Shown here piece by piece: positions 28,871 to 38,052 of a stretch of DNA of 64,000 bases. This DNA comes from Hyphomicrobiaceae bacterium (GTDB lineage: Bacteria > Pseudomonadota > Alphaproteobacteria > Rhizobiales > Hyphomicrobiaceae). A program made the position numbers and the translations under genes. Position 1 is the stretch's first letter. Every line of letters begins with the position of its first letter. The notes below the pieces were generated by a model that saw only the letters and a list, made by a program, of their open reading frames with translations, was not told the origin of the DNA and searched no databases. The stretch is from assembly GCA_050187415.1 (NCBI GenBank), contig JBFWXN010000014.1, positions 14,475 through 78,474 of the forward strand. The letters are read 5' to 3'.

Positions 28871-29180
28871 TTTAGTCCTCGTCGACAAAGTCGTTCCCAG
28901 GGGCCAGCAAGCTGGGGCGTATGATTTCGAAGCCTGCGTCTATTAGTTGTTCACTAATGTTCGCATGTCCCAGCTAGTTGCATTAACAAGGCCCTGACTG
29001 TGAACAAGAAAAAGCCATCGACAATCAACGTGTCTGCATCGTGTAAAAGAACGGTTAAGTATCGTTATCTTCTGTTACGGTCTTGAAATTGTGCCCGGAT
29101 TGCCACAATTGCGCACTACGCTGATGCTTCGTCTCGGCGGCCTCCGGGACGTGCATGCTTTCTACGGTTGGGAGAAGACG

Positions 29181-29645
29181 ATGCGTGTCCGGATTTTGAC
29201 GGCGACAGCACTTGCCGTGACGCTGGCGGGCGCCGCCATGGCCACCACCCCCGGCGCCGATAGCAAAGCCGGCCGGTTCACCATGCAGCCAGTCGACGGA
29301 GGCTATCTGAGGCTCGATACGGCCACGGGCGACATGTCGCTCTGCACGGGCGCAGGCGGCACCTTCGAGTGCAAGCCGGTGAAGGACGACCGCGACCTCC
29401 AATCCGAGATTGCTCGCCTCTCGGATGAGAACAAAGCGCTGAAGGCGGACATCAAGCGCCTCGAGGATTTGCAGGCCCACGGCGGTGGCATCGCACCACC
29501 AGCCCCGAAATTCGAATTGCCGAGTGAGGCCGAGGTCGACAAGGCGCTGACCTACATGGAGCGCGTGTTCAAGAAATTCCGCGAAAAACTCAAGGAACTC
29601 GACAAGCCGCTCGACACCCCCGGCCAAAAAGGCACGCCCATGTAG
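29181..29645 (+). CDS. hypothetical secreted protein with short coiled coil
   Basis: GGGAGAAG precedes the ATG. Signal peptide MRVRILTATALAVTLAGAAMA. Has a Cys pair and LQSEIARLSDENKALKADIKRLEDL. Confidence 0.55.
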   Translation: MRVRILTATALAVTLAGAAMATTPGADSKAGRFTMQPVDGGYLRLDTATGDMSLCTGAGGTFECKPVKDDRDLQSEIARLSDENKALKADIKRLEDLQAHGGGIAPPAPKFELPSEAEVDKALTYMERVFKKFREKLKELDKPLDTPGQKGTPM

Positions 29646-29725
29646 AGTTGTAGGCGCGAATTTCGGCGTGCGCGAGCCGCCGAGGCAGGCGCGCGGACAC
29701 CTGACCCCAGATGCCCCGGAAAGGA

Positions 29726-30685
29726 TCAGCCGCTCAGGCGACGCGTCGCGGAGACAATCTCGTGAACGATACCAGGCTCGGTCATGGCATGGCCGGCATC
29801 GGGTACGATAATCAGCTCCGCCCTCGGCCAGTGCGACTTTAGGTCGAAGGCCGACTTGATCGGCGTGACGACGTCGTAGCGACCGTGCACGATCACACCG
29901 GGAATCTCGGCGAGACGGGCCGCATCGGACAGAAGCTGGCCATCATGGTCGAAGAAACCCCTGTTTACGAAGTAGTGGCACTCGATACGGGCGAAAGCGA
30001 GCGCATACGAATCAGCGCTGAACTGACGGATCCGATCCGGATCTGGCGTCAGCGACAGCGTCGAGGCCTCCCAAAGGCTCCAGGCTCGGGCCGCCGCCAG
30101 CTGAACCCGCATATCCGGATGAGTGAGGCGCCGATAGTAGGCGCCGATGATGTCACCCCGCTCGGTCTTCGGGATCGGCCCGGTGAACTCCGCGAACGCA
30201 TCCGGAAAGAGCCAACTCGCGCCGTCCCGATAGAACCAGTCGAGCTCGGCCCGGCGGAGGAGGAATATCCCCCTCAGAATCAACGCGTCGACACGCTGCG
30301 GATGGGTCTCTGCGTAGGCTAGGCTCAGCGTGGAGCCCCATGATCCGCCGACCAGCTGCCAGCTCGAGATCCCGAGCCTTTTCCTCAGCCGCTCCATATC
30401 GTCGATCAGATGCCACGTCGTATTGACGTCGATCGAGGCATGCGGCAGCGACCGACCGCATCCCCGTTGATCCAACAAGATGATCCGGTGGCGGGACGGA
30501 TCGTGTAGTCGTCGCATGGTCGGATTGCTGCCGCCGCCCGGCCCTCCATGCACGATCAGAACCGGCTGGCCATGGCGATTGCCGCTTTCCTCGAAGTAGA
30601 TCTCGTGACCGTCGCCGACGTCGAGGCGGCCCCGCGCATAGGGTTCAATCGGCGGATAAAGGCCAAGCCGCTCGTGTGCCGTCAT
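29726..30685 (-). CDS. pip: prolyl aminopeptidase (proline iminopeptidase)
   Basis: LYPPIEPY...L.VGDGHEIYFEESGN..G.PVLIVHGGPGGG, nucleophile elbow GGSWGSTL, C-terminal VPDAGH. Confidence 0.9.
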   Translation of the reverse strand: MTAHERLGLYPPIEPYARGRLDVGDGHEIYFEESGNRHGQPVLIVHGGPGGGSNPTMRRLHDPSRHRIILLDQRGCGRSLPHASIDVNTTWHLIDDMERLRKRLGISSWQLVGGSWGSTLSLAYAETHPQRVDALILRGIFLLRRAELDWFYRDGASWLFPDAFAEFTGPIPKTERGDIIGAYYRRLTHPDMRVQLAAARAWSLWEASTLSLTPDPDRIRQFSADSYALAFARIECHYFVNRGFFDHDGQLLSDAARLAEIPGVIVHGRYDVVTPIKSAFDLKSHWPRAELIIVPDAGHAMTEPGIVHEIVSATRRLSG

Positions 30686-30796
30686 CTTTCCTTGTATCCC
30701 GCGACCAGAATCCCCGCATTACGCCGCGGGAACGGCGGCGGGAGATATCCCACCTCGAGGCATCGCCTCGCCGCAGTTGCATGCGCAAGCGTCGCC

Positions 30797-32629
30797 TCAG
30801 CGAGCCCGCTGACCACGCTGGCGCGCCTGCCGCAATTCCCGATCATGAATCGTTTCACCACCCGGAATCCGCAGGTCGCGCACCATCTCCAGAATGTGCC
30901 GACCGGGCACCGGCGTCAAATAGCTCCCGATCCCCGCAGCGATCAGCGCGGCGGGCACGGCGACGACGGGTGCGAGCAGGCCGGGAAGGCCGAAAGACGA
31001 GAGATCTGCCAGCAGAACAGCGAATGCCGTGAACAGTCCCGTCGCCAGGCTTGCGATCGCTCCACCAGTGGACAGGCGCTTCCACCAGATCGAAAGCAGG
31101 ACGACGGGGAATATGGCCGAGCCCGAGATCACGATCGCATAGAGCATCAGCAGGAACGGATCGCCTTTGGCGCTGACCGCTCCCATCCCCGCCACGGCAA
31201 TCACCCCGACAAGGGCGAGGCGACATGCGAGAATGCACCTTTGATCGCTCGCCTTCCAGCGATCCGGCCCATTGGCCACGTCGTCACCGAGAATGACGCC
31301 CATCTGGGTGAGGCTGGTGGCGGCACCGATCAATGCGGCAGCCATTACGCCCGCGGCGACAAGATTGACCACCGCGAGCGGCATGCCCATCATCAGCGGC
31401 AGTGCGACAAGCGCGCCATCGCGATCGAAAAGAAGCGAATTTACGGTAATGCGCGCGGACTGTCCGTCAGCGGCAGCGAGGCCGACGTCGATCAATCTCT
31501 GAAGTGCAACAGGCGGCGCGGCCGTGGCATGACCGACGAAGCTGCTGACGAGGACGTCTCGCTCGAAGACGGCGACGCTGGAAAACGTCAGCAGAAGAAT
31601 TCCGACGATTGCCACCGCCCAGCCGACCGACTTGCGTGTGTCGTAGACACTCGGCGTCGTCACCGAGCGCGACAGGATTGCCGGCGAACCGACCACGCCG
31701 ACCAGAACAGAGAGTGTCATGAGGGCGTAGGCGAGCGGACCGACGCTGCCGAACGTCGTCGCAAAACGGCCAACGATCGGTTGCAGCCCCGCGCCCGGCA
31801 ACTCAAGCGCCATCAGTCCCGCCACCGGCACCGGCACGCTCTGCAACGCCTCGAGCCGTCCAACGGTGCGAATGATCGGACCATGGCTCAATTGGCCGAA
31901 CGGCAGGTTCGTTTCCATCGCGGCGGCGATGGCCGCAGGCAGCAGTATCGCGATCAACACTGCCAGTGCCTGCGCCGCGCCGGACCAGGACAGCGAACGC
32001 ACACCACCCGGCAGCACTGTGATTGCCACGACCAGCACGATCAGCCCGCAAGCGGCCTCCGGTGGTACCGGCAGCAGCCACATCAAGCTCATCATGCCAA
32101 TCTTGATTTCCGCGATGGCGAGCAGCATCAGAGGAACGATGCAAACCATGGCCGCGAAAAGCCTCAGTGCTCCGCTCTCGAATCGTTGCCCGAGATAAGA
32201 CGGAATTGTCGGCGCGCCGAATTTCCTGAGGTAGGGCGCGACGAGCATGACCGAAACAGTTAGGCCAGCGACGATGCCCACTCCCACGCAAAGCATATCG
32301 AAGCCCGCGAGAAACAGCGTCCCCGGGATGGCGGTAATGCCTGCGGAGCCAAGCGATATGACGGCGAGCGCGGTACCGTTGTAGACGGCCGGCACGCGCC
32401 GTCCCGAGAACAAGAACTCTCGCGCGCGACGTGTGTGGGCCCCTGCTCCAATGGCAGCGAAGAGAACGACCGAGATAACGACCATGCCCGCCTTCAGCGA
32501 CGCCTCGGTAACGCCAAGTTGCTCAAAGATCAAAAGAAGAACGACACCAGCCGCCAGGCAAGCCGCAAAGATGCCGAAGTAGACACCGAGCAATGGGTTG
32601 GAAATCGATGTCCCATGCGGGGGTGTCAT
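30797..32629 (-). CDS. sodium:solute symporter family protein (large subunit of DUF4212-associated type)
   Basis: 610 aa with about 13-14 TM helices. The ATG lies 3 nt after the stop of the DUF4212 gene (TAGCCAATG). Confidence 0.8.
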   Translation of the reverse strand: MTPPHGTSISNPLLGVYFGIFAACLAAGVVLLLIFEQLGVTEASLKAGMVVISVVLFAAIGAGAHTRRAREFLFSGRRVPAVYNGTALAVISLGSAGITAIPGTLFLAGFDMLCVGVGIVAGLTVSVMLVAPYLRKFGAPTIPSYLGQRFESGALRLFAAMVCIVPLMLLAIAEIKIGMMSLMWLLPVPPEAACGLIVLVVAITVLPGGVRSLSWSGAAQALAVLIAILLPAAIAAAMETNLPFGQLSHGPIIRTVGRLEALQSVPVPVAGLMALELPGAGLQPIVGRFATTFGSVGPLAYALMTLSVLVGVVGSPAILSRSVTTPSVYDTRKSVGWAVAIVGILLLTFSSVAVFERDVLVSSFVGHATAAPPVALQRLIDVGLAAADGQSARITVNSLLFDRDGALVALPLMMGMPLAVVNLVAAGVMAAALIGAATSLTQMGVILGDDVANGPDRWKASDQRCILACRLALVGVIAVAGMGAVSAKGDPFLLMLYAIVISGSAIFPVVLLSIWWKRLSTGGAIASLATGLFTAFAVLLADLSSFGLPGLLAPVVAVPAALIAAGIGSYLTPVPGRHILEMVRDLRIPGGETIHDRELRQARQRGQRAR

Positions 32630-32632
32630 TGG

Positions 32633-32893
32633 CTAGAGGTCCTCGTGCGCACCATGCCAGTGATCGATCGCATCCTGTCGATTGATGTAGGCGAACGTCG
32701 TAATGACCGCGATCAGCACCAGCCCGTGGCATGCTAAAAAGTAGCCCAACGGGAATCCGAGTATCCGTCGTGAGTTGAGCTGGTCGGCATAAAGCGGCAG
32801 CACCAGCAGCGCCGCCAGGAACGGCAGCAAACTCGTCAACATTTGCCACTTGGTGTGGCGCCAATAGGGCTTGCGCTCCTTGCGCTCGATCAT
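32633..32893 (-). CDS. DUF4212 domain protein (putative solute:sodium symporter small subunit)
   Basis: 86 aa. YWRHTKWQMLTSLLPFLAALLVLPLYADQLN...ILGFPLGYFLACHGLVLIAVITTFAY fits the family pattern. It is translationally coupled to the symporter. Confidence 0.8.
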   Translation of the reverse strand: MIERKERKPYWRHTKWQMLTSLLPFLAALLVLPLYADQLNSRRILGFPLGYFLACHGLVLIAVITTFAYINRQDAIDHWHGAHEDL

Positions 32894-33270
32894 GCATCAC
32901 CCCCTGGGCCGCTCCGCAATCCGGCCACTCTGCAAACTCCCACCCGCGCACCCGCGTAAAGCTCTATCCGCTCGGCCATTGCCGCACCAGAACGTCTTGG
33001 CCATCATCCCCCACCCATTGTCGTCACGCTCGCCTTCGAATATCGGGCCCGAAGTCCGCGTCCGTTGCAGCCATATGCCAATTCTATCCACGTACGAGAG
33101 TAATGTCAGGGTGCAGAGCTGATTGCTCGGCAGATGCTCCCGGATTAATGTCCGTCGCCTCGGCGTCGCCAAACGTCCCGTCACAAAGCGTTTTCGTATG
33201 TCGGCAAACGTCCGAGCAGGACGACCACGTGCGGCCGGCGCAGGCATTCACACAGCCAGAAGGGGCGGAC

Positions 33271-33675
33271 ATGTCGTTGCTATCCGAATTCAGGGAATTT
33301 GCCCTCAAGGGTAACGTCGTCGATCTGGCGGTCGGCGTGATCGTTGGTGCCGCGTTCGGCAAGATCGTGGATTCCCTTGTCAAGAATGTGCTGATGCCGC
33401 CGATCGGCTACGTTATCGGCGGCGTGAATTTCGCGGATCTCGCCGTCAATCTCCCTACTCCGACAGGCGATCCGGTGCTGCTGAAGTACGGTGCGTTTTT
33501 GCAGACGGTGATCGACTTCACCATCATCGCCTTCGTGCTGTTCATGGTCATCAAGGCCATCAACACCGCCAAGAAGCGGTTCGAGAAGCAGCAGGACGCG
33601 GTCCCGATCGCTCCGTCGCCGAGCGAAGTCTATCTCAAGGAGATCCGCGACGCTCTCGTGGACGGCAAGAAGTAG
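33271..33675 (+). CDS. mscL: large-conductance mechanosensitive channel
   Basis: MSLLSEFREFALKGNVVDLAVGVIVGAAFGKIVDSLVKNVLMPPIG is near-consensus MscL. 134 aa. Confidence 0.95.
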   Translation: MSLLSEFREFALKGNVVDLAVGVIVGAAFGKIVDSLVKNVLMPPIGYVIGGVNFADLAVNLPTPTGDPVLLKYGAFLQTVIDFTIIAFVLFMVIKAINTAKKRFEKQQDAVPIAPSPSEVYLKEIRDALVDGKK

Positions 33676-33764
33676 CGTCTCTCGCGCCTCCAGCCTCGAG
33701 CAGGCACATGCCGCACGGTCGAGCCGCATCGGGGTCGCACCGAGGCGTTACGCACGCCTGTGCG

Positions 33765-34748
33765 CTATGAGCAGCTGCCGCCGCCGAGCACACAGAACTT
33801 CGCACAGTGCGGATGGCAGAGCTTGACTGCGCCCTTGTCGAACATTCCTGAATCGGCCGCTCCTGCCTCCGCGAACGTGCCCCCCATCTCGAACGCGCGC
33901 TCGTACGGAAGGAGCGTGCAGGGAAGAATGACGGGTGCGGCCGCGCCCTTGCGCTTCACGACCATGCGGCTCTTGGCGCACATCATATCGGCGGGCGACT
34001 TGTGGAGGATGCCCCAGCATGCCGTGGTGATCTCGGGCACGTCGTAGCTGCCGTCCATCTCCGGCAAAAGCATGAGCTGCTTTGGATTGGCGGGATCGAT
34101 GCGCCAGCCGCGCATCGCAATGAGAGCTGCATATCCGTTGCGCTCCTCGCCCTCCCCTTCGTCCCAGCACGTGCGCCCTGCGATGGCGATCTCGAATCCG
34201 TTGGCATTGAGCCAATCAAGCCCGGCAATGGCTTTGCCCCACGTCTTGACGCCGCGTTCCGCCTCGTGCAGCTCCGGGGTGAAATGGTCGAGGCTGACCC
34301 TGATGCGCAGTCGTGCCCCATGTTTCTCCCGGAGCGCGATCAACCCCCGCTTGATCGGGGCCCGCTGCATCGGCTGCATGGCATTGGTCAGCACGAGCAC
34401 ATCGAAGCCTCGCTCGAGGGTCACTGCGAGAATGTCTAGAAATTCAGGATTCATGAAGGGCTCACCACCGGTGAACCCGATCTCGCTGGTGCCGTAGTCG
34501 TCGCGCAGTAGCTCGTCGAGGAGCGCCGTCACTTCCGCCGCAGAGAGGTAGACGAGCCGATCGTTCTTCGGGCTCGAGTCGATGTAACAGTTGGCGCACG
34601 TGATGTTACAGAGCGTGCCGGTGTTGAACCACACCGTCTCAAGTCGTTCCAAACCCACGCTCGCGCGACGCTCTCCCTTGGCCGTGAGGTCGGGGTTCTC
34701 GAATTTGGCGACATTGGGCACTCCCAATGCTTGCGCTGGCTCGTTCAC
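33765..34748 (-). CDS. radical SAM protein with Cys-rich C-terminal domain (ArsS/DUF3641-like?)
   Basis: CNITCANCY is CX3CX2C. FTGGEPF glycine-rich SAM motif. C-terminal Cys cluster ...CWGIL..MCAKS..LPCTL..LCHPHCAKFCVLGGGSCS. The preferred start is GTG 34748, 6 nt after GAGGGAAAG; the alternative is GTG 34799. Confidence 0.8.
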   Translation of the reverse strand: MNEPAQALGVPNVAKFENPDLTAKGERRASVGLERLETVWFNTGTLCNITCANCYIDSSPKNDRLVYLSAAEVTALLDELLRDDYGTSEIGFTGGEPFMNPEFLDILAVTLERGFDVLVLTNAMQPMQRAPIKRGLIALREKHGARLRIRVSLDHFTPELHEAERGVKTWGKAIAGLDWLNANGFEIAIAGRTCWDEGEGEERNGYAALIAMRGWRIDPANPKQLMLLPEMDGSYDVPEITTACWGILHKSPADMMCAKSRMVVKRKGAAAPVILPCTLLPYERAFEMGGTFAEAGAADSGMFDKGAVKLCHPHCAKFCVLGGGSCS

Positions 34749-34860
34749 TATGCGCTTTCCCTCGTTGTGCCGAATGACAGGCGCTCCCCAACGCCTCACT
34801 ACTCATTTCCGGCAGCCCGACCTACCATGCTCATGCTCGGCTGCGGTACTCACGATGACT

Positions 34861-37155
34861 TTATTGCGCGGTGAGCCGGACATCGGACGTGACATCCGGA
34901 CGCTCCTGCGGCACTTCCCTCAAGCTCTTCACGACGCGAAGCCGGCCGCGACATGACCGCGCCTCGTCACGGCGGTGAACGCGCCCGACGATCGAGACCG
35001 ACAATCCGGCACTCGCAAGTGCAGCGACCGCCGCTTCGGCCTTGTCTGAAGGAAGGCCGGCGAGCAGACCGCCTGAGGTCTGCGGGTCGAAAAGCAGCGC
35101 CAGAGCGGCGGCCGTATCCTCGACGTCGACCGTGATCTGCGCGGCAACCGCCAGATTGTCGGGCAGCAGGCTCGATCGCACGCCGGCTGAAATCAATCGG
35201 TCGACGCCCGGATAGCGATGACACTGAGCAAGCCCGATCGTGGCCGACAGGTCCGACGCTTCAAGCATTTCCAAGAGATGCCCCGCGAGACCAAACCCCG
35301 TCACATCTGTTACGGCGATCGCCGCATGCCGCCGGAGTATCCTGGCGGCGAGTGCGCTCACCGCCCGCATACCGCCAAGCGCCGCCGAGACCTCGCTCGC
35401 CTTGGCGAGGCCTCGCATCCACCCGGCAAATACGATGCCCGTGCCGAGCGGCTTGGTCAGAATGAGCACCTCGTCGCCTCCGAGACCGCCCTTGAGCCAC
35501 ACCTCGTCGCGGCCGACGCCTCCCGATGCGAAGAACCCGATGGCGAGTTGATCGGCTCTCGCCGTATGACCGCCGACGATGCCAATGCCTTCCGGCGCGA
35601 GAACAGCGCGCGCCCCGGCCAGCAGCTGAAAAAGATCATCCTCCGCAAGATGCGCCGCTGCGGGCGGCAGTCCCGCTAGCGCGAGCACATGGTCGGGCTT
35701 TCCTCCTTTCGCGAGCACGTCGCCGACCGCGTGTGCAGCCGCAATCTCGCCCAACACGTAGGGCTCCGGCCAGATCGCCGGGAAATGGTCGATCGTTTCC
35801 AGGCGCAACTGGTCCCCACCGAGATCGAGCAGGGCCGCGTCGTCATGCGGCGCGAGATTTCGCACCGCCTCGGGCGGCTGCATCGTCTCGCTCTCGGCAA
35901 ACCTATGCAGCGCTCGCGCGAGGGAGGCCGGACCAAGCTTGGCGGCACAGCCTGCGCACAGCATCTCGTCCACGCTCTGGCCGTTTGGCATCGGCTGCGG
36001 CAGGACCTGGAACATGCGCATGAAGCGACGGTCGATCCAATCCTTGAGCCGCCATGCCCAGGCGCCACTTGCCGCGAAGGGTCCGCGAGCGGCAATGGCT
36101 CGCTTGTCGCCACAGGCCATAAGCGTCAGGAACTGCGTCTGCGGCCTGAAGGGTCGGGGCGCCATGCCCTTGGCTCGCAGTCGAATGTTGCGAACGAGCG
36201 GTGGCCCCTGTCGCACCGCGAACACGCCTGCTTTCTCCCGCGGATACTCGAGCACTCCGGCGCAGTCGCCGACTGCGAAAATGTCAGCTTCGCCCTTGAC
36301 CTGAAGCGTCGGCTCGACCGCCAGGAAGCCCTGCGAGTCGAGCGCAAGGCCCGTCCCGGCGAACCAGCCAGGTGCTGCAGCCTTCGTTGTCACGAGCGTT
36401 GCGTCGCTCTCCACCGTCCGTCCGCTGGCCAAGCGAACGGATTGCCGCCCGATCTCGACCACCGCGTCCATCTCGACCAGTGTTACGCCGGCCCCCGCGA
36501 GTTCCTTTTCGGCCAGACGTCGCGCCCGCTCATTGTGGCCCGGGAGCAGGAGGCCGCTGCCGATAAGCGCGAATTTGAAGGCATCGGGCGCGATGCCGTG
36601 GTGCGGCGCCTCGTGGCGCAGCCGGTGTCGTATGGCTAGGACCAGTTCGAATCCGGCCGCTCCAGTGCCAACCAGCACAATGCGCCTCGGCCCATGCGGG
36701 GTCAGGGCGCGCGCCTCGAGATCGTTCCACCGGGGCGCAAACTCGGAAACCGGCTTCACCGCGATCGCATGCTCGACGGCGCCCACGATGTCGTCGATCG
36801 CGGGCGTGATACCGGTATCGATGGAAAGCAGATCGTAGGCTATCGACGGGCGCCCAGCGATCTGCACGCGTCGCATCGCCCGATCGATGCCGATGGCTTC
36901 TCCATGAATGACGCGCGCGCCCGCGAATTGAGCCAGACGAATCAGATCGATATGGCAGGCGTCGAGGTCGTAGTGGCCGGCCACGTATCCGGGCAGCATT
37001 CCCGAATAAGGAGCGTCGAGCTCCTTCGCCAACAGGGTAATGTCGAGGCCGGGTTCACGCTCCATGGCGAGCGCCCGCAGAACCGTCACATGCGCGTGTC
37101 CGCCTCCGATCAGCACCAATCGCCGGCTGGCGCTCACGGTCTCATTGAGATGCAT
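34861..37155 (-). CDS. selD: bifunctional FAD/NAD(P)-dependent oxidoreductase (NDH-2-like) / selenide, water dikinase
   Basis: N-terminus RRLVLIGGGHAHV plus a second dinucleotide fold VLVGTGAAGFE. The C-terminal half aligns by eye to E. coli SelD: LCAGCAAKLGP (Cys17 and Lys20 equivalents kept), DDAALL, KPLGTG, TDVTGFGLAGHL, DPQTSGGLL. ATG at 37155. Confidence 0.85.
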   Translation of the reverse strand: MHLNETVSASRRLVLIGGGHAHVTVLRALAMEREPGLDITLLAKELDAPYSGMLPGYVAGHYDLDACHIDLIRLAQFAGARVIHGEAIGIDRAMRRVQIAGRPSIAYDLLSIDTGITPAIDDIVGAVEHAIAVKPVSEFAPRWNDLEARALTPHGPRRIVLVGTGAAGFELVLAIRHRLRHEAPHHGIAPDAFKFALIGSGLLLPGHNERARRLAEKELAGAGVTLVEMDAVVEIGRQSVRLASGRTVESDATLVTTKAAAPGWFAGTGLALDSQGFLAVEPTLQVKGEADIFAVGDCAGVLEYPREKAGVFAVRQGPPLVRNIRLRAKGMAPRPFRPQTQFLTLMACGDKRAIAARGPFAASGAWAWRLKDWIDRRFMRMFQVLPQPMPNGQSVDEMLCAGCAAKLGPASLARALHRFAESETMQPPEAVRNLAPHDDAALLDLGGDQLRLETIDHFPAIWPEPYVLGEIAAAHAVGDVLAKGGKPDHVLALAGLPPAAAHLAEDDLFQLLAGARAVLAPEGIGIVGGHTARADQLAIGFFASGGVGRDEVWLKGGLGGDEVLILTKPLGTGIVFAGWMRGLAKASEVSAALGGMRAVSALAARILRRHAAIAVTDVTGFGLAGHLLEMLEASDLSATIGLAQCHRYPGVDRLISAGVRSSLLPDNLAVAAQITVDVEDTAAALALLFDPQTSGGLLAGLPSDKAEAAVAALASAGLSVSIVGRVHRRDEARSCRGRLRVVKSLREVPQERPDVTSDVRLTAQ

Positions 37156-37377
37156 GCTGGCGAAAACCTCCGGAGCGGCAGCGCTATCGATCGGGCGCGA
37201 CACGCACCGGCGGAGACCGGACAAGGGTCTTCGCGGCAAGAACCAAAGTCTCTGGCACATCCGACGACACGACGAGCAACGAACTACGTCAACCGCCGCG
37301 GCGACACCAGTGCCAAGTGGCCGGCAAAAGGGGGAACGCGGATATGCCGACCGCAAGGCCGCATAGACCGGTGTGCC

Positions 37378-37857
37378 TCATTTGAGCGTGGGATAGGACT
37401 CGACAAGCTGTGCCAAGGCAGTCGTGACACTCGCCATATCCGCCCCGCTGAACGACGCACGAAGGCGCTCCTCGGCCCGCTTGGCTGCCGGCTCGGCCTC
37501 ACCCAGCAGCGCCTCGCCCGCCTCGGTCAGCCGCACCGCATAGGCCCTCGCGTCGAGGCGCGTGCGCTTGCGCTTGATGAGGTCGCGCCGGAGGAGACGC
37601 TTGACGATCTCGGCAACGGTCGATCGATCGATCCCGGTCGCTTGAACGAGTCCGGTCTGGCTCACATCACGGGTGTTTGCCACCGCCACCAGCACCGCGA
37701 ATTGCCGGGTCGTGAGCCCCGTCTTTGCGGCCTCTTCATTGAACACGCTATCGGCAACCTGACAGGCGCGATGGAGCAGGTGCGTCAGCGAAGCGGCCAG
37801 CGCACCTTTGGGCCGTTCGTCGGACGACTCACTGCGCTCGGTCTGGTTTATGAGCAT
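37378..37857 (-). CDS. MarR family transcriptional regulator
   Basis: GGGAGG lies 5 nt upstream of the ATG. LTTRQFAVLVAVAN...VSQTGLVQATGIDRSTVAEIVKRLLRRDLIKR is a winged HTH. Confidence 0.85.
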   Translation of the reverse strand: MLINQTERSESSDERPKGALAASLTHLLHRACQVADSVFNEEAAKTGLTTRQFAVLVAVANTRDVSQTGLVQATGIDRSTVAEIVKRLLRRDLIKRKRTRLDARAYAVRLTEAGEALLGEAEPAAKRAEERLRASFSGADMASVTTALAQLVESYPTLK

Positions 37858-38052
37858 GGGGCCTCCCTCAAACAAGGCAGTCGGCAATGCACGTTACGGT
37901 CACCGACGGGACTACGCGCGAACCGCAGACGTCGAAGTGAGCATTGCCTGCGCGTCGCTGCGACACTTGGCAGGCGACTGCAAGTCAGACATCCTCATGT
38001 TTGGTAACGTGCACGTGAACGGCCGCCAGTTCCATTCGCAATTTGTGTACAA

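Noticed and set aside
28975-29075. TTAA-containing half-sites (cattaacaagg, ggttaagtatcgttatc) upstream of the PodJ-like gene, considered as CtrA boxes.
   Set aside because: Neither has a second TTAA at N7 spacing (TTAA-N7-CTGA and TTAA-N7-TATC), which is too degenerate to call.
30548-32263. 571-aa plus-strand ORF antisense to the sodium:solute symporter.
   Set aside because: The translation is extremely Arg/His/Asp/Gln-rich and non-protein-like, whereas the opposite strand encodes a coherent 13-14 TM permease.
32897-33247. 116-aa minus-strand ORF in the DUF4212-mscL intergenic region. I also tested a short frame with an internal TGA as a possible second selenoprotein.
   Set aside because: There is no recognisable motif, the composition is Arg-rich, there is no SD, and the TGA read-through product shows no redox motif (CxxU/UxxC).
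34749-34799. Longer version of the radical-SAM gene starting at GTG 34799.
   Set aside because: It is not excluded, but the GTG at 34748 has a much better SD (GAGGGAAAG, 6-nt spacer). I kept it as the alternative start.
36645-36654. GTTCGAATCC, a tRNA T-loop-like decamer that I considered as a possible tRNA (for example tRNA-Sec) near selD.
   Set aside because: The flanking bases cannot form a T-stem (ACCAG versus CCGGC), no acceptor or anticodon arms are evident, and the site lies inside the selD coding frame.
36694-38007. 437-aa plus-strand ORF spanning the SelD N-terminal region, the spacer and MarR. 35689..36639 (plus) lies inside selD.
   Set aside because: It crosses two well-supported minus-strand genes and an intergenic spacer, and its composition is low-complexity Arg-rich.
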